A stretch of 64,000 nucleotides of DNA from an uncultured Oscillospiraceae bacterium (GTDB lineage Bacteria > Bacillota > Clostridia > Christensenellales > CAG-314). Both the position numbers and the translations under genes were made by a program. Below, piece after piece: positions 58,405 through 64,000 of this stretch. Position 1 is the stretch's first letter; each line of letters starts with the position of its first letter. The notes beneath the pieces are model-generated. The model ran no database searches, was not told the DNA's origin, and saw nothing but the letters and a program-made list of their open reading frames with translations. The stretch spans positions 983-64,982 of the forward strand of contig CAZFTO010000003.1 of NCBI GenBank assembly GCA_964521735.1, written 5' to 3'.

Positions 58405-58560
58405 GCAAAATTTTGCACCCGGTGGCAATCGCGGTGAATTTTCCTAATCCGCAAAACAAATTGCGAAAAGTAACATTGCTTTGCTTGGTGAGAATGACGA
58501 TAACTCGCAAACACCTCATCAATTAATGAGTTAGCTACAAAAGCAGTTTTTGAACAAACA

Positions 58561-58601
58561 AAGCGACTTTACTCAATTTTGAGTTGGTCGCTTATTTTTT
58601 T
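58561..58601 (+). terminator. intrinsic terminator about 155 nt downstream of pepF
   Basis: AAGCGAC..ACTCAA / TTGAGT..GTCGCTT stem with a small internal loop, followed by ATTTTTTT. Confidence 0.65.
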
Positions 58602-58899
58602 GCCTATTTCAAAGTTTAATTTTAGGCACGTTTTGCATGTATAACAGTGTGCGTTTACAGCAACTAAAAACATGGTGGTAAGCAACAGTTGGTGTGAATC
58701 AATTAGAAAGTTTTGCTGCAAACAGTGTGCAACACCGTTGTGAGTGTTACTGGAGTGCAATAGCTATCTAGAAAAACGGTTTGTCAACGTCAATTATTTA
58801 CGCAATGGCTTTCTTGCTTGCCACACTGTTGAAAAAACAAGTTGTATTATTCAATAAACTTTGAAATAGTTGCCGCACCACAAATGCAAATATTTTGGC

Positions 58900-58934
58900 A
58901 AAAAAAACGGCTCAGCTGTATGTAGCTGGGCCGT
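58900..58934 (-). terminator. intrinsic terminator for the minus-strand lipoprotein gene (bidirectional hairpin)
   Basis: ACGGCTCAGCT-GTATGT-AGCTGGGCCGT. A8 on the plus strand gives a T8 tail on the minus strand. Confidence 0.7.
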
Positions 58935-59146
58935 TTTGGCTGTTAAAAATTGTGTGGCGAAACAAGGAATTTAGCAAAGCTTTTGGAGAAATCCTGTACG
59001 TAAGCAAGAACAAATAGAGTGTTGCAGTCGATGATATTTGCTTGCTTTAGTTTTCGTGCGCTGTCTGTTCGGATATTTGTGCACAACTTGCCGCACTTTT
59101 TGTTAGTTCTTCGAAAAATACTGATTATTTTTTGTAATAATTGCCA

Positions 59147-59557
59147 TTATCGTGGCTGAATTCGCGGGTTGTGAGGCTTGCGATTCAATTCAAAATCAAC
59201 AAATTTTTCGATAGCAATCTCTCGTTCTTTTTCCGACATTTTTTCAATTTCACTTATGGCATGCATTGCCTTGGGACTGCGAGTAACAACTATTGCGCTC
59301 AAATTGAACTTTTTGCAAAGTTCTGCCGCTAGTTGTTCTTTGAATTTGTCGTATTCGTTTTTGGACAGAAATTTTTCCGTTTTGATGGCCACGACGCAAG
59401 CGTTTTCGTATACTACGCACTTTGCATCGCAAATTTTTTCTTTGTTTTTTACAAGTTGTGCAATTTCGTTTTCCGTTTTGTTGGCCGCGTTGGCCATGCA
59501 AGGCAACACGGCGGTGATAGTTAGTAGCAGTGCTATTGCAAATAGAAATTTTCTCAT
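59147..59557 (-). CDS. YhcN/YlaJ-like (sporulation) lipoprotein, tentative
   Basis: AAGGAGAG SD then ATG 59557; the ORF-track Met 59617 is an extension. It has the signal peptide MRKFLFAIALLLTITAVLPCMANA. The pattern ..IAQLVKNKEKICDAKCVVYENACVVAIKTE.. and ..AIVVTRSPKAMHAISEI.. fits the YhcN/YlaJ family. Confidence 0.5.
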   Translation of the reverse strand: MRKFLFAIALLLTITAVLPCMANAANKTENEIAQLVKNKEKICDAKCVVYENACVVAIKTEKFLSKNEYDKFKEQLAAELCKKFNLSAIVVTRSPKAMHAISEIEKMSEKEREIAIEKFVDFELNRKPHNPRIQPR

Positions 59558-59809
59558 AAAACTCTCCTTTTGCAGATAGTTTGCCTCAGTTATGCGGATA
59601 TATGCAAGTGCGCTCAAATTTTTGTTTTAGTGGCCATCAAAATCTTTGAAATTTTGCATGATTGATATAAACAGAAAAAATGGTGCATCAAAGTTGAAAT
59701 TTTGCAACATTTTGCCGTCAAACGAAAGTATTACTTATAATAAGTTGTTTTTCTACAAAAATATAGCCTACACATTTTGCGGCAGTGCTAAAATGTTTGT
59801 GAGGTGGCT

Positions 59810-59995
59810 ATGAATAAAGTTTTGCCTATAATTATTATTTGTTCAGTCGGCATTACTGCGTGCGTTGCGCTATTGATTGCGATGTTGTGCAAGAAAATTT
59901 TGATTTTTGTTCGACGCCGACGACAAAAAGAGGAATTTGATATTGACGAATCCACTTTGACGGTTAGGCTTGATAAAAAAGATTTTCGCAAGTAG
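59810..59995 (+). CDS. small single-pass membrane protein (61 aa), hypothetical
   Basis: ATG 59810 sits only 3 nt after GAGGTG, so the spacing is short. The sequence is MNKVLPIIIICSVGITACVALLIAMLC followed by a basic RRRRQKEE stretch. It is 79 nt upstream of deoC. Confidence 0.35.
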   Translation: MNKVLPIIIICSVGITACVALLIAMLCKKILIFVRRRRQKEEFDIDESTLTVRLDKKDFRK

Positions 59996-60074
59996 TGCAC
60001 AATCCCCCTTGATAATTTGCAAGTTGTGTGGTATACTTAACTAGTAAATACGCTAGAAATTTTCGGAGGTTATT

Positions 60075-60725
60075 ATGACTAGAAAAGAGATTGCTAAGAT
60101 GATTGATCACACGTTGCTTAAACCTGCAACAGAAGATCAAATTGCTACTTTGTGCGACGAAGCGTTGGCACACGGATTTGCTTCCGTTTGCGTTAACCCT
60201 TGCTTTGTTGAACTTGCTGCAGAAAAATTGCATGGTTCCGAAGTTAAAGTTTGCACGGTTATTGGTTTTCCCTTGGGTGAAAACACAACTGCCGTAAAAG
60301 TTTTTGAAGCGCAAAAAGCCATTGAAGAAGGCGCAACGGAAATTGATATGGTTATGAATCAATCCTGGGCAAAAAGTTTGCAATGGGATAATGTTGAGAC
60401 GGAAATTGCTGCTATTAAGCGTGCTTGTGGCGACCTGGTGCTTAAAGTTATTTTGGAAACCTGCAATCTTTCGGATGAACAAATTGTTTCATCGTGCAAT
60501 GCTGCTGCAAACGCAGGCGCAGATTTTGTTAAAACCAGCACAGGTTTTGGCAAAGGCGGAGCAACAACTCACGCTGTAAAACTTATGCACGATACCATTG
60601 CTGCACGTGGATTGAAAGTTAAGGCTAGCGGTGGAGTTCACAACTACGAAGAAGCCTTGGCAATGGTAGAAGCTGGTGCAAGCAGAATTGGCGCTAGCTG
60701 CGGCGTAGAGATTTGCAAGGAATAA
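60075..60725 (+). CDS. deoC: deoxyribose-phosphate aldolase
   Basis: GGAGGT SD. ..IDHTLLKP.., ..ASVCVNP.., ..VCTVIGFPLG.. and ..DFVKTSTGF.. (Schiff-base Lys) are present. Confidence 0.9.
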   Translation: MTRKEIAKMIDHTLLKPATEDQIATLCDEALAHGFASVCVNPCFVELAAEKLHGSEVKVCTVIGFPLGENTTAVKVFEAQKAIEEGATEIDMVMNQSWAKSLQWDNVETEIAAIKRACGDLVLKVILETCNLSDEQIVSSCNAAANAGADFVKTSTGFGKGGATTHAVKLMHDTIAARGLKVKASGGVHNYEEALAMVEAGASRIGASCGVEICKE

Positions 60726-60747
60726 TTGATAAAAAACTTTCAAAACG

Positions 60748-60776
60748 TTGACGGTACCGCTTGCTAGTGGTATACT
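60748..60776 (+). promoter_or_regulatory. sigma-A-type promoter of the FMN riboswitch / ribU unit
   Basis: TTGACG, 17-nt spacer, TATACT. Confidence 0.55.
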
Positions 60777-60788
60777 TTCAGTGTAAAA

Positions 60789-60951
60789 TAAATTCTTTGG
60801 GGCGTGGTGCAATTCCACACCGATAGTTACAGCCTATGAGCGCTATTTGCGCCGATCGGGTGAAATTCCCGAGCCGACGGTAAAGTCCGGATGAGAAAAG
60901 AATTGATATGTTTGTATCTTCGTGCCCTTGAATTTTTTCAAGGGCATTTTT
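60789..60951 (+). promoter_or_regulatory. FMN riboswitch (RFN element) with expression-platform terminator
   Basis: P1 pairs AAATTCTTT with AAAAGAATT. Conserved cores are GGGGCGTGGTGCAATTCCACACCGAT and GGGTGAAATTCCCGAGCCGACGGTAAAGTCCGGATGA. The terminator TGCCCTTGAA-TTTT-TTCAAGGGCA plus T5 lies at 60923-60951. Confidence 0.9.
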
Positions 60952-60970
60952 GTTGGTGAGGAGTTTATTC

Positions 60971-61708
60971 ATGGAAGACGAAAAAAACGTTATAAAAAAC
61001 GTCGAACCAATTGCTAAAAACAGCGGCAAAAAGGCCTACTTTTCCGCAGGAAACATTGCAATAATGGGAATTTTGACGGCAATTGCTTTCGTGCTTTATG
61101 CGTTTGTTAAATTTCCTCTTGCGTTCATGTTTCCATCATGGCTGGATATTCAAATTTCCGATTTGCCAGCACTTTTGGGGGGATTTGCGCTGGGCCCTGT
61201 AGCCGGCTGCATAATAATTGTTGTTAAATGTTGCCTAAAGATGCCAATGACAGGCACTGGTTGTGTTGGCGAGTTGGCCGATATTATTGTTGGTATTGCC
61301 TTCGTGCTGCCTGCTTCGCTAATATATAAGTATCACAAAAACAAAAAAGGAGCAATATTGGGCATGGTGCTAGGTTCGGCGTGCGCCGTTGTGGCGTCCG
61401 TACTGGCCAATTGGCTTTTGCTTATTCCCTTTTATGCCAAGCACTTTTTTGGCGGTGGCGACTACGCCACAGGCCTAGAAACGATTTGTGATATGGTCAG
61501 TGTGCTCTATAAGGGCATCAATACTGAAAACTTTTACGTTTACTATTTGTTTTTGGCCGTTGTTCCGTTCAATATTTTGCGTTGTGCCATTTGTGCAATT
61601 ATAACGTACTTCACATATAAGCCGCTTTCTAGGGCTTTACACTGGGAAATTAAAACGATAAAGAGTGTTGATGATGGAGACGATGGCGAGCAAAAAAACG
61701 ATAATTAA
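60971..61708 (+). CDS. ribU: riboflavin transporter, ECF S component RibU
   Basis: GGTGAGGAG SD then ATG 60971. ..FPLAFMFPSWLDIQISDLPALLGGFALGPVAG.. and ..GELADIIVGIAFVLPASLIY.. match RibU-type S components. An FMN riboswitch lies upstream. Confidence 0.8.
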   Translation: MEDEKNVIKNVEPIAKNSGKKAYFSAGNIAIMGILTAIAFVLYAFVKFPLAFMFPSWLDIQISDLPALLGGFALGPVAGCIIIVVKCCLKMPMTGTGCVGELADIIVGIAFVLPASLIYKYHKNKKGAILGMVLGSACAVVASVLANWLLLIPFYAKHFFGGGDYATGLETICDMVSVLYKGINTENFYVYYLFLAVVPFNILRCAICAIITYFTYKPLSRALHWEIKTIKSVDDGDDGEQKNDN

Positions 61709-61817
61709 ACCAAAATTTGTGCACAATTCGTTCAATCGTTGCAAAATTAGTGCAATTGTATTATAATATAGGCACTCCGATAGGGGTGCTTTTTGATAGT
61801 TTAAGGAAGATGGTACT

Positions 61818-62246
61818 ATGAGCGAATTGCTGCGTGTGATAACACATTCTTGTGAGGAAACGGAAAAATTTGCAGAAGATTGGTCGCAAAGCCTCAAGGG
61901 CGGCGACGTTGTTTTGCTAAGTGGCGCCCTTGGTGCAGGAAAAACGCATTTCACAAAGGGAATTGCACGTGCTTTGGGCATTGACGATGTGATTACAAGC
62001 CCCACGTTTGCTTTGCATAACGTGTATTACGGCAAACTTGTTCTCAATCATTTTGATTTCTACCGCGTGGATAGCAGTGAAGAGGTGGAAATATTGGGCT
62101 TAAACGAGTTTTTCTTTGAGAAAGACGGCGTGTGCGCCATTGAATGGTGGCAAAACGTTGAGGATTTGTTGCCGAATGATTGTTTTTTGGTTACAATTTC
62201 TAAATTATCGGACGAAGAAAGAGAAATTTTGATTGAGCAGCGGTAA
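61818..62246 (+). CDS. tsaE: tRNA t6A37 biosynthesis ATPase TsaE
   Basis: ..LSGALGAGKTHFTKGIARALGI..SPTFAL..HFDFYRV.. is present. Confidence 0.9.
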   Translation: MSELLRVITHSCEETEKFAEDWSQSLKGGDVVLLSGALGAGKTHFTKGIARALGIDDVITSPTFALHNVYYGKLVLNHFDFYRVDSSEEVEILGLNEFFFEKDGVCAIEWWQNVEDLLPNDCFLVTISKLSDEEREILIEQR

Positions 62247-62265
62247 CCGTTGCAGTAGGAAAAAT

Positions 62266-62838
62266 ATGAAAGTTTTGTTTGTTGATACCACAACGCCGGA
62301 TTTGGTTGTTGCAATAGTTGCGGATAACGAAGTTAAAACCTTTGGGATAGAAAAGTGTGGCACGCATCACAGCGAAAAACTGTGTGACTGTGTTAACGTG
62401 GCCATGACGGAATGTGGCTTGGCTTTTGAAGAGTTGGATGCATACGCTTGCGCAATTGGTCCGGGAAGTTTCACCGGCATTCGCATTGGTATTTCCACGG
62501 TGAAAGGGTTTTGCGTTGCAGTGAACAAGCCCTATATTGCAGTTAATTGTTTGCAGGCAATTTCCCTTTCCCAAAATTGTGGCAAAAAAGGCTTCGCAAT
62601 CATTGATGCGGGCAACGGATACTATTTTGCCGACTACGTTAACGGTGTTGCGCCTTGTTTGGTGGCTTATGACGATCAGCGTGCGATTGGCGCGGGAAAG
62701 TGTGACAGTGCGGTGGACTATTTCGATGGTGCAGTGCAAATAATAAGGGCTAGTTATGCACAAAAAGCATTTTCGGCAGATCTATCGCCAACCTATATTA
62801 GGCGCAGTCAGGCGGAGGATAATAGATGCAAAAACTAA
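62266..62838 (+). CDS. tsaB: tRNA t6A37 biosynthesis protein TsaB
   Basis: ATG 62266 (MKVLFVDTTTPDLVVAIV..). ..GPGSFTGIRIGISTVKG.. is present. It lies between tsaE and rimI. Confidence 0.85.
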   Translation: MKVLFVDTTTPDLVVAIVADNEVKTFGIEKCGTHHSEKLCDCVNVAMTECGLAFEELDAYACAIGPGSFTGIRIGISTVKGFCVAVNKPYIAVNCLQAISLSQNCGKKGFAIIDAGNGYYFADYVNGVAPCLVAYDDQRAIGAGKCDSAVDYFDGAVQIIRASYAQKAFSADLSPTYIRRSQAEDNRCKN

Positions 62839-63293
62839 GTTACAATATGCAAAACGTGTTTGCTTTGCAAAAAATAGAAAAGGAATGTTTTGGAAAAGAC
62901 GCGTGGTCGATAAACAATTTGCGTTCTGAGTTTGAAAATTCCTATTCGCATTTTTTCGCCGAAGAAAGGGATGGGCAATTGGTTGGCTATGTTTGCGTGC
63001 GCACAATGTACGAAGAAGGGCAGGTGTGCAACGTGGCAGTTTTGCCGCAATATTGCCGTCAAGGCATAGCGACACAACTGGTGCAGACAATGCTGGCCTT
63101 TTCGTCTGAGCATGGTTGCACGCGTTGTGAATTGGAAGTGAACGTTCAAAATGCCCCTGCAATTGGGTTGTATAAAAAGTGCGGTTTCAAAATTGTCGGC
63201 GTTCGAAAAAACTTTTATCGACGTTCTCGCTATGAAACGCGTGATGCCTACACGATGGTGCTGGAATTTGCAAAATCAGGCGATAATGCTTAA
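62826..63293 (+). CDS. rimI: ribosomal-protein-alanine N-acetyltransferase (GNAT)
   Basis: GGAGGA SD, overlapping the tsaB stop. The ..VAVLPQYCRQGIATQLV.. GNAT acetyl-CoA motif is present. Context is tsaE-tsaB-rimI. Confidence 0.8.
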   Translation: MQKLSYNMQNVFALQKIEKECFGKDAWSINNLRSEFENSYSHFFAEERDGQLVGYVCVRTMYEEGQVCNVAVLPQYCRQGIATQLVQTMLAFSSEHGCTRCELEVNVQNAPAIGLYKKCGFKIVGVRKNFYRRSRYETRDAYTMVLEFAKSGDNA

Positions 63294-63405
63294 TAACTTG
63301 CGTTTGTATGCTACTATTACAGGCATAATATCATAATAACGAATAGTATTGTTATGTTTATGTGATATTTTTAATCAAATATGCACAACTTGCAATTTGA
63401 CTAGC

Positions 63406-63437
63406 AATATGGGTTCAATTTGAGCCCATATTTTTTT
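63406..63437 (+). terminator. intrinsic terminator after rimI
   Basis: AATATGGGTTCA-ATT-TGAGCCCATATT stem followed by a T-run. Confidence 0.8.
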
Positions 63438-63503
63438 ATGCCAAATTTCGGCACGTTTCGCAAGTGATTGTCATATAGTATATAAGCAATCGGGCAGCAA
63501 GAA

Positions 63504-64000
63504 ATGCATTACGTAAAACTTGGCAATGGTAGTAACATAGTTTTTCTTCACGGATGGGGATGCTCTGGTGAAATATTTTTGCCAGTGGCAAAACGTCTTA
63601 CTAACCACACTTGCTACTTGCCGGATTTGCGCGGTTTTGGGATAAGTTTACCTCCTTCATCAAGCGGATGGTCTGTTGAGGATTATGCAAAGGAACTTTT
63701 TGCTTTCTTTACAATTCATGGTATACGCGATGCAACTATTGTTGCGCACAGTTTTGGCTGTAGGGTTGCAATGGTGTTTGCTGCCAAAAATCCAACGCTC
63801 GTGCGCAAGCTGTTGCTTGTTTCCCCTGCAGGCGTGAGGCATTTTAGCGTTACTAGATGCTTTCGAGTTTGGCAATTCAAACTACACAAGTTTTTTTTCA
63901 AGAGCAAAGCCGTCGAACGCTTCGGTAGCGCCGATTATAAGGCATGCAACGACGTTATGCGTAAAACTTTTGTAAAGGTGGTTAATCAAAACTTGGTTCC
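63504..64000 (+). CDS. alpha/beta hydrolase, N-terminal fragment (runs off the window end)
   Basis: I translated this manually from ATG 63504: MHYVKLGNGSNIVFLHGWGCSGEIF..IVAHSFGCRVA.. . HGWG and a nucleophile elbow are present and the frame is open to position 64000. It is absent from the ORF track because it has no stop. Confidence 0.7.
   Translation, partial: MHYVKLGNGSNIVFLHGWGCSGEIFLPVAKRLTNHTCYLPDLRGFGISLPPSSSGWSVEDYAKELFAFFTIHGIRDATIVAHSFGCRVAMVFAAKNPTLVRKLLLVSPAGVRHFSVTRCFRVWQFKLHKFFFKSKAVERFGSADYKACNDVMRKTFVKVVNQNLV

Noticed and set aside
58672-58743. 23-aa Cys-rich ORF MVVSNSWCESIRKFCCKQCATPL in the pepF-downstream spacer.
   Set aside because: It has no SD and is very short. The Cys codons arise from the repeated AACAGTGTGC motif itself.
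1-64000. Window-wide search for CRISPR arrays, IS elements and transposases, integrases, phage genes, toxin-antitoxin pairs, defence systems, rRNA, tRNA, tmRNA, RNase P RNA and SRP RNA.
   Set aside because: I saw no regularly spaced direct repeats, no recombinase-like ORFs, and no matches to the conserved cores of these RNAs. This was a by-eye scan only. A covariance-model or HMM scan would be needed to exclude them formally.

Overview
This window is a contiguous block of core housekeeping genes from a Gram-positive, Clostridia-like Bacillota chromosome. G+C looks moderately low by eye (not computed). I call 56 CDS, 51 of them on the + strand, which fits a leading-strand segment.

Gene order:
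- dcw cluster: murE (3' fragment), mraY, murD, ftsW, murA, ftsQ, ftsA, ftsZ
- a small orphan protein, an orphan acpP, an AlkD-like protein and a YtxC-like protein
- T-box-controlled thrS, then infC-rpmI-rplT, a TrmH-family methyltransferase and yebC
- minus strand: two paralogous zinc-ribbon membrane proteins and rqcH
- tig-clpP-clpX-lon-engB
- an S-component-like membrane protein with coaX
- uvrB-uvrA-polA-coaE
- a CPA2 antiporter, pdp, an S51-like peptidase, cysE and degV
- an orphan membrane-anchored protein
- divergent GH13 (minus strand) and GH3 glycosidases
- pgi-hisS-P-type ATPase, an ABC-F protein, an SDR, an alpha/beta hydrolase and pepF
- a YhcN/YlaJ-like lipoprotein (minus strand) and deoC
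- FMN riboswitch with ribU, tsaE-tsaB-rimI, and a truncated alpha/beta hydrolase at the window edge

Cis-regulatory RNAs supported from sequence are a Thr T-box, an L20-leader-type attenuator with an ATT start for infC, and an FMN riboswitch. Several near-consensus sigma-A promoters and many intrinsic terminators are also visible. I found no rRNA, tRNA, CRISPR array, transposase, integrase, prophage or recognisable defence genes.

I could not identify a convincing novel multi-gene system. The items worth a second look are modest:
- duplicated terminator-ended units after engB
- a duplicated terminator hairpin bracketing an orphan gene
- tandem zinc-ribbon membrane paralogs
- two small unannotated proteins
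- perfect palindromes in promoter regions
- an atypical TM4 motif in the P-type ATPase
- several unusually long gene-free spacers
- a codon bias that produces gene-length antisense shadow ORFs

All family assignments come from motif recognition by eye, not from database searches.
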